Origin: an uncultured delta proteobacterium
Lineage (GTDB): Bacteria; Desulfobacterota; Binatia; UBA9968
Reading direction: 5' to 3'
DNA length: 64,000 nt
Assembly: GCA_963771465.1 (NCBI GenBank)
Contig: CAVYTU010000017.1
Location: 416,001 to 480,000, forward strand
Shown in pieces: positions 20,764 to 30,411 of the stretch. Position numbers and translations under genes: made by a program. Every line of letters starts with the position of its first letter. Position 1 is the stretch's first letter. The notes beneath the pieces were generated by a model. The model did not search any database. It saw nothing but the letters and a program-made list of their open reading frames with translations, and had not been told where the DNA came from.

Positions 20764-20955
20764 ATTCAGTCTCCTTAAAACTGCGTGAAGCTCGGAAGTC
20801 TAGCTCCCTGAGTGGGTGGCTTAACACTGGCCCGCGCGCGCTGTCAATGTCGCGCTGATGCGCTTTCGCCACAGACTACGTTGACAGCTGGAAGCGAATC
20901 GGAATATACGCCATCTAGTGCGGCGCTCTATTTATCGCTAACAGGAGGCTGAATT

Positions 20956-22611
20956 ATGTTAGGTGGTCACGCAGTAGCTCAGTGTCTTCGCAACGAAGGC
21001 GTGAAATATGTTTTCAGCGTGCCGGGAGAAAGCTACATCGCTGTCGTCGATGGATTAGTTAATCATCCCGAGATCAAGCTCATCGCCAATCGTCAGGAGG
21101 GCTGCGCGGCGTTCATGGCGGAAGGTTACGCCAAAGCGACGCGCCAAGTCGGTGTCTGCATCGTCACGCGCGGCCCCGGCGCGACCAATGCGAGCATTGC
21201 GGTCCACAGTGCCAAGTACGATTCCGTGCCGCTGGTTCTTTTGGTCGGCCAAGTAGGACGCGCCGCTCGCGGCCGGGAAGCCGGCCAAGAAATCGACTAC
21301 ACGCATTTCTTCGGTTCCATCGCCAAATGGGTCATTGAGATCAACGATCCAAAACAAATTCCGCAGATCATATCCCGCGCGTTTCATCTGGCGCGCTCGG
21401 GACGGCCGGGGCCGGTGGTGGTTTCGCTGCCGCGCGATGTGATCGAGGAGAACGTCGACATCACGATGATCGATCCCTATCAAGTGGTGCGTCCGAGTCC
21501 CGACCCGGCGGCGATGGAAAGTTTGGTCGGACGGATCAACGCGGCGCGCAAGCCGGTTTTGCTCGTCGGTTCCGGCACGCAGTATGCCGGCGCGTGGCGA
21601 GAGGTGATCGAATTCGCGGAGAAGTTTCAGGTCCCTGTGCTGACAGCTTATAAACGCCAAGATGCCTTTCCCAACAGTCACCCCAACTATGCCGGTAATC
21701 TTGCCAACGCCAATCGCGGGACGCGCGCGTTGGCGACGGACGAGACTGACTTGCTCGTGGTACTCGGCTGCCGGCTCAATCAGCCGACCACCGGCGGGTT
21801 TGCCTTTCCCAAGCCCGGCCAGTCTTTTATTCAGATCGACGCAGACGAGACCTACATTGGCCAGAACTCGCGGCCGGAAATCGGCATCGTCGCCGACGCC
21901 AAGCAGGCGCTGCGCATCGCGCTGAAACATTCCGGTCCGCGGCCCAACGAGAGCCGTGCCTCATGGATCGCCGAGTTGCACGTCAAGCAGAAGGATTACG
22001 CGAGTCCTAAGGAATGTCCGACCCGGCGCGTCTCCATGGAACGGGTCATGAAGGATCTCAAGTCGGCCTTGCCGCCCAACGCGATCACGACCACGGACGC
22101 CGGCAGTTTCGGCCAATGGCACCAACGCTATCTCGAATTTGAGCAGCCCAACTCCTATATCTCGCCGACGCTAGGATGCATGGGACCGGGCGTTCCTTCC
22201 GCCGTCGGCGCGAAATTCGCGTATCCCGATCGAGTGGTCGTGTCGCACTCAGGCGACGGCGGCTTTCTCATGACCGGTCAGGAGCTGGCGACGGCGAAAC
22301 AGTATGGCGCCAACATCATCGCCATCGTTTACAACAACCAAGGTTTCAACACGATTCGCATGCATCAGGAGGCGCAGTATCCCGGCCGGCAGTACGGCAT
22401 CGCACTAGAAAATCCCGACTTCGCCGCCATGGGAGAAGCCTACGGCGCGCTCGGTTTGAAGGTCACGCGTGATGAAGAGTTCCTACCAGCATTCAAACGC
22501 GCGCTGGCCGCCGATCGCTCGGCGCTGATCGAAGTCGAGACCGACTACGAATTCGTCACGCCGACGGTAAAGCTTGCGGATTTAGCCGGCAAGAAACTGG
22601 CGGGGGATTGA
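20956..22611 (+). CDS. Thiamine pyrophosphate-dependent enzyme (IlvB-like)
   Basis: VPGESY, RQEG.AAFMAEGYAK, TRGPGATN, SGRPGPV, GDGGFLM...YNN. Confidence 0.93.
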   Translation: MLGGHAVAQCLRNEGVKYVFSVPGESYIAVVDGLVNHPEIKLIANRQEGCAAFMAEGYAKATRQVGVCIVTRGPGATNASIAVHSAKYDSVPLVLLVGQVGRAARGREAGQEIDYTHFFGSIAKWVIEINDPKQIPQIISRAFHLARSGRPGPVVVSLPRDVIEENVDITMIDPYQVVRPSPDPAAMESLVGRINAARKPVLLVGSGTQYAGAWREVIEFAEKFQVPVLTAYKRQDAFPNSHPNYAGNLANANRGTRALATDETDLLVVLGCRLNQPTTGGFAFPKPGQSFIQIDADETYIGQNSRPEIGIVADAKQALRIALKHSGPRPNESRASWIAELHVKQKDYASPKECPTRRVSMERVMKDLKSALPPNAITTTDAGSFGQWHQRYLEFEQPNSYISPTLGCMGPGVPSAVGAKFAYPDRVVVSHSGDGGFLMTGQELATAKQYGANIIAIVYNNQGFNTIRMHQEAQYPGRQYGIALENPDFAAMGEAYGALGLKVTRDEEFLPAFKRALAADRSALIEVETDYEFVTPTVKLADLAGKKLAGD

Positions 22612-22734
22612 CCGTCGCAAGGCGGAGAAAGCGGAATGGCCGTTAAATTTATTCGAAGCGAGGAGATATTGACCGAGGGAAGACTTTGATCACCGAGACA
22701 ACAAACCTGACCTGCCGAAAAGGAGGATCGAGAA

Positions 22735-23781
22735 ATGAAGATCGTTCGATTGATCGTCTTGGTTCTTTCACTGCCGCCATTTGCCGCGGTAGCGCAAACG
22801 AAAAAGCCGGCGTCCATCGCCGAGCTGGCGGGTTACCTCGGCTCCGATCGCGAGCAAGTGCTTTACGCCGGCGCGAAGGCCGAGGGCAAGGTTGTCTGGT
22901 ACACTTCACTCGCGGGTGGGTCGTACAAAGAGATCGCCGAAGTTTTCGAGAAAAAATATTCCGGCGTGAAGGTCGAGTCGTTTCGAGCCTCGGGGAGCGA
23001 ATTGACCGTCAAATTGGAGGAAGAGACCAAAGCCCGTCGCTATATCGCTGACGCCATTGAAACGACCGAAGGCAACCTTATGTTCATGCGCGACGGCAAA
23101 TTACTCAGGCCGTACAGTTCCCCACATCTAAAATCCTACCCTGATGACGCCAAAGAGCCGGCGGGAAAAGGTCTCTATTATTGGGCGCTGGCGAGAGAGT
23201 CTTATATCGGCTTCATGTACAACAAGACACTTGTTCAGAAAGGGATTTTACCGAAGAACTTCGACACACTGCTTAATCCCGAGCTCAAAGGCCGGATGGG
23301 CATCAGTGTCGGCGAGACCAGCGGCAAAATCCTCGGCGCAATGATCCGCAGCAAAGGCGAGGAGTTTGTCAAAAAGTTAAAATCCCAGGAGATCAGACTT
23401 TACTCCATCGACGCGCCGGCGCTGGTCAATGTGATCGCGTCTGGAGAGATCGTCGCTTCGCCGGCGATCTTTCAAACCCATACGCTGCTCGCGGCGTCAA
23501 AAGGCGCGCCGCTGGAGTGGGTGCCGATGGATTTGGTGCCGACCAACGTGGGCAGCGCCGCGGTGGCGGCCAATCCGCCCCATCCTCATGGCGCGTTGCT
23601 GATGGCTGACTTCTTGTTGAGTCCGGACGGGCAAGCCGTGCTCGAAAAATATTACTACGGCAGCGCGACCAAGGAACACGGATTCAAAAAATGGCGTCCT
23701 GAACGTGGCTTGACGACCGACAACTACGAAAAAGAGCTGCTTCGTTGGGAAAAACTTTTGAAGGAGATCACGCGGAAATGA
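22735..23781 (+). CDS. ABC transporter extracellular solute-binding protein (Fe3+/thiamine-like class)
   Basis: Signal peptide, AKAEGKVVWYTS, YNK.LV, PHPHGA.L..DF.LS.DGQ. Confidence 0.88.
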   Translation: MKIVRLIVLVLSLPPFAAVAQTKKPASIAELAGYLGSDREQVLYAGAKAEGKVVWYTSLAGGSYKEIAEVFEKKYSGVKVESFRASGSELTVKLEEETKARRYIADAIETTEGNLMFMRDGKLLRPYSSPHLKSYPDDAKEPAGKGLYYWALARESYIGFMYNKTLVQKGILPKNFDTLLNPELKGRMGISVGETSGKILGAMIRSKGEEFVKKLKSQEIRLYSIDAPALVNVIASGEIVASPAIFQTHTLLAASKGAPLEWVPMDLVPTNVGSAAVAANPPHPHGALLMADFLLSPDGQAVLEKYYYGSATKEHGFKKWRPERGLTTDNYEKELLRWEKLLKEITRK

Positions 23782-23787
23782 GGGAAG

Positions 23788-23875
23788 AAAGGATTGGAGT
23801 GATGGAGTATCGGAATGTTGGATTGCTGGGTCCGGCAACATCACTCCAATACTCCACCACTCCAGTACTCCGTTC
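23788..23875. repeat. Octamer-unit intergenic palindrome (GGAGTRNT / ACTCCA units)
   Basis: ttggagtgat-ggagtatc-ggaatgtt-ggattgct followed by catcactcca-atactcca-ccactcca-gtactcc. Confidence 0.75.
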
Positions 23876-23981
23876 CGTTATAGAGGGGATCATGATGAAC
23901 GGCATGTCGGGCCCTTGTGGCTCTTTAAAATTCACTAGAAGCGTAATAAGGATTTAATAACGTTTCTGACGTAAGGAGAAT

Positions 23982-25076
23982 TTGGCGGTGAGAATTATCG
24001 ACGCTGACACGCATATCGACGAAACCGACGCGACTTGGGAATATATCAAGGGCAACGATCTACAATACAAACCGTCGACGGCTTTTCCTGCCAATCCCGA
24101 TCCTAAACTGCCACCGGCGCGCTACTGGGTGATCGACGGCAAGCGGCAAATCCGTTTCATTCGCAGCGACAAAGATTCAGGCACGACCGTGGACACGCGG
24201 GAGCTGCTCGATGTCAAAGCCCGGCTCAAGCATATGGACGAGCTCGGCACCGACATACAGGTCATCTACCCCACTTTGTTCTTGATGGAGGCCACCGATA
24301 AGCCGGAGATCAACACGGCGATGCGCCGCAGTTATAACCGTTGGTTGGGTGAGCGCTGTATGGAGTCAGGCGGCAGGCTGCGCTGGGTGTGCATGCCGCC
24401 GCTGCAAAACATGGATGCGACGGTGGAAGAGCTGACATGGTCCAAAGAACATGGCGCCTGCGGCGTGCTTAAAAAAGGCGACCGGGAAGCGGGCAAGTAT
24501 CCAGCCGATCCATACTTCGACCAGCTTTATGCCGAAGCGGAGAAGCTTGATCTGCCAATCTGCTTACACACCGGTTCCGGTATCCCAGATTTTTCACCGG
24601 CGCGGGAATTTTCCCATGGCCAATTCATGCGTACCAAAGCCGCCGCAATCAACGGCGTGCTGGGTCTCATCGTGCACAAGATTCCGGATCGGTTCCCCAA
24701 GCTTCGCATCGGTTGCATCGAAGCCGGGTCCATGTGGACGCCATTCGTCGCCTATGATCTACGCCGGCAGCAACTAAGACAGCAGGGACGCGAGGCGGTT
24801 GGCGTACTCGGAATTCCGGAGCTAAAAATCGCTGGCAACGTGTTTCGGGACAATCGAATCTACGTCACTTGCCAAGTCGACGAGGACTTGCCCTATATTA
24901 TCAAAACCGTCGGCGAAGATAACTTGATGGTCGGTTCCGACTACACGCACCGCGATCCGTCGATGGAACTGGAGTTCCGCAAAGTCCTGCAAGAACGCGC
25001 CGACAAAGGCGAGATTCCGCACGGGGTGATTCAGAAAATTCTCTACGATAATCCGAAAACGTTTTACGCGCTGTGA
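23982..25076 (+). CDS. Amidohydrolase_2 family protein
   Basis: IDADTH, QVIYPT, PICLH, GSDYTH.D, ILYDNP..FY. Confidence 0.92.
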   Translation: MAVRIIDADTHIDETDATWEYIKGNDLQYKPSTAFPANPDPKLPPARYWVIDGKRQIRFIRSDKDSGTTVDTRELLDVKARLKHMDELGTDIQVIYPTLFLMEATDKPEINTAMRRSYNRWLGERCMESGGRLRWVCMPPLQNMDATVEELTWSKEHGACGVLKKGDREAGKYPADPYFDQLYAEAEKLDLPICLHTGSGIPDFSPAREFSHGQFMRTKAAAINGVLGLIVHKIPDRFPKLRIGCIEAGSMWTPFVAYDLRRQQLRQQGREAVGVLGIPELKIAGNVFRDNRIYVTCQVDEDLPYIIKTVGEDNLMVGSDYTHRDPSMELEFRKVLQERADKGEIPHGVIQKILYDNPKTFYAL

Positions 25077-25151
25077 GAGCGTAGATTGCATTGGCAGGTT
25101 CAGTTGCGGTCGTTTATAGTAACGACAAATTAGCTAGGAAGGGGACATTAG

Positions 25152-25703
25152 ATGATTGTTCTCAGTCCGGAAGGAAAGGCGCAGACTTCGGCGGCGAAAG
25201 TCGCTGGGTTGCCGCAGTTCACCGATCTTCGAGGCAAGGTTCTTGGTCTGCTCGATAACAGCAAGCCCAATGCCGACAAGCTGGCGGAGCGTTTCGCCGA
25301 ATTGCTGAAAGAAAAGTACGGCGTTGCCAGCGTGATCACGCGGCGCAAGCTAACGGCACAGCAGGGCGCGCCCAAACAGTACCTCGATGAGTTGGCGGCT
25401 CAGGCGGATATCGTCTTGAGCGGACTGGGCGATTGAGGATCGTGCACGTCGTGGAGTGTCCACGACTCAATCGAGATTCAAAAGCGCGGCCGCTTCGCGG
25501 TCACGCTCATCACCCACGCCTTCGATGCGCTGGCGAAATCCGAGAAGGAAGCCTTCGGCGCGCCGGATCATCCGGTACTGATCGTGCAGCACCCGATCGG
25601 CACGGTGAAAGTGGAAGAAGTGAAAAAGCGCGCCGATGCGGCGTTCGATAAATTGGTGAACATTCTGCTTGCTCCCAAAGCGGCGCGCGCGAAAGTCGCC
25701 TAG
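25152..25703 (+). CDS. UGSC-family selenoprotein (in-frame TGA 25434-25436 as Sec95; 183 aa)
   Basis: Frame continues through TGA: ..LSGLGD-U-GSCTSWSVHDSIEIQKRG..HPIG..AKVA to TAG at 25701-25703; UxxC motif; hairpin right after the TGA; paralog with the same TGA at 41947. Confidence 0.9.
25434..25466 (+). promoter_or_regulatory. Putative bacterial SECIS element
   Basis: TGA-GGATCGTGCAC-GTCGTGGA-GTG-TCCACGAC: perfect 8-bp stem, apical GU at positions 23-24 counting the U of UGA as 1. Confidence 0.82.
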
Positions 25704-25787
25704 TAAAATCGGTTTTGAGTTTCGGGTTTCGAGTTAGCTAGGAGATTCGAAGCCTGAGTTTTTTCGTTTAATGCCTCGCCCTGGTTT

Positions 25788-25870
25788 CGTCATGCCGGTG
25801 AAAACCGGCATCCAGATTCGGCTTTGAGGTAAACACGAAATACCTGGATCCCGCGTGTGCGGGAATGACG
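25788..25870. repeat. REP-like composite palindrome (CGTCATGCCGG..CCGGCATCCAG ... CTGGATCCCGC..GCGGGAATGACG)
   Basis: Two internal hairpins plus complementary termini; related copy at 36221-36297. Confidence 0.75.
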
Positions 25871-25913
25871 GAATGCGACCCGACTCGTCGGTAATTTTTG
25901 AAGGGTAGGAATT

Positions 25914-26966
25914 ATGGCAACGGCAGCATTGCAAGCGGAACGGTTTGAGATCCCAGATGACCTCTGGGAGGCGCAGGCTTTTTTCGAGGAGAAGGGCTGG
26001 TCGGATGGGCTGCCGATCATTCCGCCGACTGAAGATCGAGTCGCCAGGATGCTGGCGGCGACCAAGCGTAAGCCGGAAGAAGCCATCGGCGCCGTCCCGC
26101 CGCGCTGGGCGCAGGCGACCGTGGAAAAAATCGCCATCAACGCGGTGATGGCCGGCTGCAAACCGGAATATATGCCGACGTTGATCGCCTGCGTCGAAGC
26201 GATTACCGATCCGAAACTGAATCTCTACGCTCTGCAGGCGACCACTGGCGGGCCGGCGGTGATGATCATCGTCAACGGCCCGATCCGCAAGCAATTGGAC
26301 GTCAACGGCGGTTCTAACGCATTGGGCGAAGGTTGGCGCGCCAACGCGACCATCGGCCGCTTCGTGCAATTGATTAAGCGCAACATCGGCGGCTCGTATC
26401 CGGGGACTACGTGCAAGGCGACGCTGGGCTGGCCGGGAAAATATTCCATCTGCGTCGGCGAGAACGAAGAGGCGAGCCCATGGGCGCCGCTCCATGTCGA
26501 GCGCGGTTTCAAAGCAGATCAGAGCACGGTGACGGCGATCAGCGCGGATGCCTCCGTGCGCGCGTCCGATTTGGATAGCTCCAAGGCTGAAGGCGTGCTC
26601 ATCAACTTTGCGCAGAAAATGGAAGGACCGTCGGGGCCGGAAGCGATCATGGTGATCTGTCCGGAACATGCGAAGATCATCGCCGGTGATGGCTTCAGCA
26701 AGAAAGACGTGCAGAAATTCATCTGGGAACGCGCTGCTTACCGCATGAAAGACTTGCCCGACGAAACTTTTGCCCAGCGCGTCAAGCGCCGTTCGGATTT
26801 GAATCTTACCCGCGACAGCATCATCCCGGTGACTGACAAGCCGGAAGATATTCTTGTCGTCGTCGCCGGCGGCGATGGCTCGCAGTCGCAATATATTCAC
26901 GTCTGGGGACAGAGCACGCCGGAAGGCGGCTCGACGCGCAGTGTCACGAAAGTCATCCGGGATTGA
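25914..26966 (+). CDS. Conserved hypothetical protein, UGSC-partner (DGLPxxPPT family), copy 1
   Basis: GWSDGLPIIPPT, EKIAINAVMAGC, RANATIGR, WPGKY, GENEE.SPW.P.HVE.GF; paralogous to 42385-43449. Confidence 0.85.
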   Translation: MATAALQAERFEIPDDLWEAQAFFEEKGWSDGLPIIPPTEDRVARMLAATKRKPEEAIGAVPPRWAQATVEKIAINAVMAGCKPEYMPTLIACVEAITDPKLNLYALQATTGGPAVMIIVNGPIRKQLDVNGGSNALGEGWRANATIGRFVQLIKRNIGGSYPGTTCKATLGWPGKYSICVGENEEASPWAPLHVERGFKADQSTVTAISADASVRASDLDSSKAEGVLINFAQKMEGPSGPEAIMVICPEHAKIIAGDGFSKKDVQKFIWERAAYRMKDLPDETFAQRVKRRSDLNLTRDSIIPVTDKPEDILVVVAGGDGSQSQYIHVWGQSTPEGGSTRSVTKVIRD

Positions 26967-27091
26967 AGTTCCAATCGTTCAGGTAAACAATTCCAGGTCG
27001 CTCAGGAATAAATGGAGTGCGAAATCAAGCTAGTGCCTCATAAGAACTGGACGAGAATTCGGTTTGACACGGTGAGAACAGGAGATAACCA

Positions 27092-28045
27092 ATGAAAAGA
27101 CGTTTTCTTGATTTTGTCGAGCTGGCTCCCAGAAGCCAGAAACCGCGCGCAAAGGGTCTCAGCACATTTGGTGACCGGGGCTATCCCCTCGATTGGATTC
27201 GCGGCATGCTCGATGCCTACGGCGACTACATCGACGTCGTCAAATTCACTCCCACATGCCTTCTCGTTCCGTGGGACGACATCGAGAAAAAGGTTAAACT
27301 CTACCGCTCGCACAACGTCGGCGTTGGCAGTGACGATCCAATATTTGCAATTTCCTATTTGCAGGGTAAGGCTGAGGAACTTCTGCGAACACTGCGCGAA
27401 GTTGGATTTACCCATGTGCAGGTCGATACACGTCACGTGGAGACGCCTAACCCCGATGCGGCAAAGAAGGCCGATGAGGACGAACAACGGTACTATGCGC
27501 TGGCTCGTGAATTGAACCTAAAAATCATGGGTGAAATTGGTAAGAAATGGCCCAAGGGCGACCGGATGCGTGCGGGGAAAGGCTCCGTGGATGTTCAAGC
27601 ATCTGTGTCCGATACCAAGCGATTGTTGGCGTTGGGCTGCGAACATGTCTACCTGGAAAGTCGCGTGATTCGCGATGCCATTGGCGACTACGGCGAACGG
27701 CAGGAAGGAACCCGGCAGATAACTGAAATCGTCGAGGCGGTCGGCAGCGAAAAGCTCTTTATCGAAATTTCCGGTCAAATTCCGTTTGACACGCGCCAAT
27801 GCCATCGTTTTTGGGCGGTCAGGAATTTCGGCCCCGAAGTCAACATGGGCGGTGGCGGATCGATCGAGGAGGCTCGCTACGTCGAGGCGATTCGCCGGGG
27901 CATCACGTTCGTTGGCGGCGTGGGCCGGTCGTCGAGCAAATTGTGGATCAAGTCGCTTGCCAACCACGGCGGGAAAGCCGCCGCCGAATGGTGGAAAGAA
28001 GAGTACGAGCTTGATCCATCTTTGATTTCGGCAAGCAAAATTTGA
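27092..28045 (+). CDS. Divergent phosphosulfolactate synthase (ComA)-family protein
   Basis: KPRxxGL...DRG, YIDVVKF, EIGKK, V.LESR, FGPEVN, EAIRRG; several canonical ComA motifs altered. Confidence 0.72.
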   Translation: MKRRFLDFVELAPRSQKPRAKGLSTFGDRGYPLDWIRGMLDAYGDYIDVVKFTPTCLLVPWDDIEKKVKLYRSHNVGVGSDDPIFAISYLQGKAEELLRTLREVGFTHVQVDTRHVETPNPDAAKKADEDEQRYYALARELNLKIMGEIGKKWPKGDRMRAGKGSVDVQASVSDTKRLLALGCEHVYLESRVIRDAIGDYGERQEGTRQITEIVEAVGSEKLFIEISGQIPFDTRQCHRFWAVRNFGPEVNMGGGGSIEEARYVEAIRRGITFVGGVGRSSSKLWIKSLANHGGKAAAEWWKEEYELDPSLISASKI

Positions 28046-28111
28046 GTGAATTACAATTTTTCACCGGCAGACTTGCGGGTTGCTAATAAGATAGAAAGCA
28101 GCGTGAGATAT

Positions 28112-29164
28112 ATGAATGCCAATTTCAACCATCGGGCGCTGAGAATCGGTCCTGCCTGTTACCATGCGCTCCACCTGACGGTTCTTACTGCGGCTCATGA
28201 AATGAATTTTCTCTACGACGAGGGGCTACAGGACGAAGCGGGAACACAACACTACGAAATAGTTCCTCATGGGTTGGCGCCGTTTGGCTTCGAAAGGACA
28301 ACTCTGGTTCAGGCGATGAAAGATAAGGCGGTTGATATCGCGACCGACGTGCAGCCGCGAACCGCCCTGTATCTGAGCAGCCAGGGGGAAGATTGCTGCG
28401 TGATCGCGGGCTGGCGCAACAACCGGGGACGGACTTTGGTGGCCAAACGTGAAGTCGAGACGCTCAAAGATCTGCGCGGAAAACGAATCGGCATCAGCGA
28501 TGTCGGTGACAACCATCATCTCTTGCTTACCTATTGGCTAAGGCAAGCAGGGCTTGATCCGGAATCTCAAGTGCAGTGGGTTACCGGAATCGGTCCGGAA
28601 TCCAGACTCACGAGTCTCGTTGAAGGAAGGGTCGATGCTGGACTGGTCACCCATGGCGGCGATCATAGCACCGAACTCCAGAAAGCCGGACTTGCGGTGC
28701 TTCAGGATTTTTCTTTGGCCTACCCGAACGGCCGGCCCGACCGCGTCATCGTCTCGTCGAATCGAGTGATCGAGGAGCGTCGCGATGAAGTTAAAGCCTT
28801 CCTGCGCGCCATTCTTAGAGTTTACTGGTTTGTCCGCGACGTGCGGAACTTTTTCTACTTCCAGAACCTGGAGCGACGACTACGACGGGAGAGCCCAAAC
28901 CATTTCGAACAGGTTCGGCCGGTTCATGCAAAATCACCCGAGTGGATGGAAAAACATCAAGCGTATCCCGTCGACGGGCTAGCAACCGGGCTCGAGGAGT
29001 ACGCCAAAGAAATGGTCGCCCTGGGAGACGTAAAGAAAATAGATCTGGAGAAGGTTATTAGACAAGACTTGATGCGCGAAGCCTTCCAAGAGTTATCGGT
29101 GTGCGACGAGATTAGGCCAGATCTTGAACGAGCCCAGGACGTGGTAAGACGTATCGGCTATTAG
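28112..29164 (+). CDS. SsuA/THI5(NMT1)-like binding-fold protein without signal peptide
   Basis: LKDLRGKRIGIS, L..AGLDP...V, L..GRVDAG, VKAFLRA; ATG at 28112 (ORF track starts at GTG 28046). Confidence 0.78.
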   Translation: MNANFNHRALRIGPACYHALHLTVLTAAHEMNFLYDEGLQDEAGTQHYEIVPHGLAPFGFERTTLVQAMKDKAVDIATDVQPRTALYLSSQGEDCCVIAGWRNNRGRTLVAKREVETLKDLRGKRIGISDVGDNHHLLLTYWLRQAGLDPESQVQWVTGIGPESRLTSLVEGRVDAGLVTHGGDHSTELQKAGLAVLQDFSLAYPNGRPDRVIVSSNRVIEERRDEVKAFLRAILRVYWFVRDVRNFFYFQNLERRLRRESPNHFEQVRPVHAKSPEWMEKHQAYPVDGLATGLEEYAKEMVALGDVKKIDLEKVIRQDLMREAFQELSVCDEIRPDLERAQDVVRRIGY

Positions 29165-29258
29165 AAGAATCCAGGCAAATCTTTTGCGCAAGCAAGACTT
29201 CTCAATCGATTCTCCTCCGGTCAATAGTGATAGGCCCTAACCGCCGACGAGGTGCGAT

Positions 29259-30386
29259 ATGAAGAGTGACTTTATTAAGGTTGCCCTTTTGTGGATTAGC
29301 TTGGGTATATGGCAATCCGTGCCGGCCGCTACTGTGAATTCGCCTCTCGCTAAAGCCAAGAGCGAAGCCGAAGCGAAGGGCTATATTTTCTATACCAGCC
29401 ACGATCAAATAGTTTCTGAGGCAAAAAAAGAGCAGAAGCTCAAGGTCATGACCGGATTGGATCCGGAATCGATCAAAGCGATGGCGAGCGCGTTCAAAAA
29501 AAAATACCCCTTTATCAATTTGAACGCGGAGGAGGCACAGGGAATCGCCGAACATCAAAGGATTATCCTCGAACTCAAAGCCGGCATGAACAAGGAGTGG
29601 GATGTCATCTCGATGGCCAACGATTTGTATAACGAGTATATGCCCTACCAGAAAAAGTTCGATATTCTGGGAATGGCCGAACACGGCGTGCTGCAAATCC
29701 ATCCCAAAATGATCAACCCGCAAAACCGCAACGTCGCGGCGTTGACGGCCAATATACAAGTGGGAGTAGCGTTCAATAAAAATGTAATATCTCCGGAAAA
29801 AGCGCCCAACACCTGGGAGGATTATCTTAAGGCCGAATTCAAAGGAAAGAAATTCGTTGCCGATATCAGACCTACGGAAATAGCGGCCCTCGTGCCTGCA
29901 TGGGGACTGGAAAAGACAGTGGACTATGCCCGTAAACTGGCAGCCCAACAACCGGTATGGGTGCGCGGCGCGAGTCGAGGGCTGGTGAGCGTGGTTGCCG
30001 GTGAGTATCCCATGTTCATCGGCAATAACTATAAAACCATCAGAAGAGCGCAGCAGAAAGATCGCGCCGGGGTTCTGCAATACAAATTCATGGAACCGAT
30101 CCCGGTCCGTCCTAGTGAGTCTGTCGGGGTAATCGTCACAAGTGGCAATCCCCATGCCGCGTTATTATGGATTGAATTCGTAGCTACAGCGGAAGGTCAG
30201 AAAATTCTCGATGACTTTGATCCGTTCGGCGCCTCGATTTACGCCCCGGGCTCGATTCAAGGCCAGGAGATAAAGGGCAAGAAAGTATCCGTGGTGGATT
30301 GGGAGCATTATACGAAACTCGGCGAATATCAGGACAAGATAGTCGCTGCCTACGGCTTTCCCAAAGCCGATCCAAGTACTAAGTAG
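29259..30386 (+). CDS. ABC transporter extracellular solute-binding protein
   Basis: Signal peptide, AKKE..L, FKKKYPFI, P.TWED.L...FKGK, NPHAALLWIEF....EGQ. Confidence 0.87.
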   Translation: MKSDFIKVALLWISLGIWQSVPAATVNSPLAKAKSEAEAKGYIFYTSHDQIVSEAKKEQKLKVMTGLDPESIKAMASAFKKKYPFINLNAEEAQGIAEHQRIILELKAGMNKEWDVISMANDLYNEYMPYQKKFDILGMAEHGVLQIHPKMINPQNRNVAALTANIQVGVAFNKNVISPEKAPNTWEDYLKAEFKGKKFVADIRPTEIAALVPAWGLEKTVDYARKLAAQQPVWVRGASRGLVSVVAGEYPMFIGNNYKTIRRAQQKDRAGVLQYKFMEPIPVRPSESVGVIVTSGNPHAALLWIEFVATAEGQKILDDFDPFGASIYAPGSIQGQEIKGKKVSVVDWEHYTKLGEYQDKIVAAYGFPKADPSTK

Positions 30387-30411
30387 AAAGCCGGCAAACA
30401 GCGGAGCGAAA

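Noticed and set aside
23788-23875. Tandem repeats considered as a CRISPR array
   Set aside because: Units are about 8 nt, degenerate and inverted, with no unique spacers and no cas genes.
25433-25651. Similar short ORFs MRIVHVVECPR at 25433 and 41946
   Set aside because: Out-of-frame by-products of the identical SECIS-containing nucleotide segment, not separate genes.
25734-26900. Long antisense ORF (388 aa) and similar shadow ORFs at 21055-21930, 29202-30155 and 43539-44396
   Set aside because: They lie opposite well-supported genes, have no motifs, and are expected in GC-rich DNA.
28043-28048. ComA-like stop TGA immediately followed in frame by the next ORF (possible Sec readthrough fusion)
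   Set aside because: No redox motif or SECIS-like hairpin; both proteins look complete and the second has a plausible ATG at 28112.
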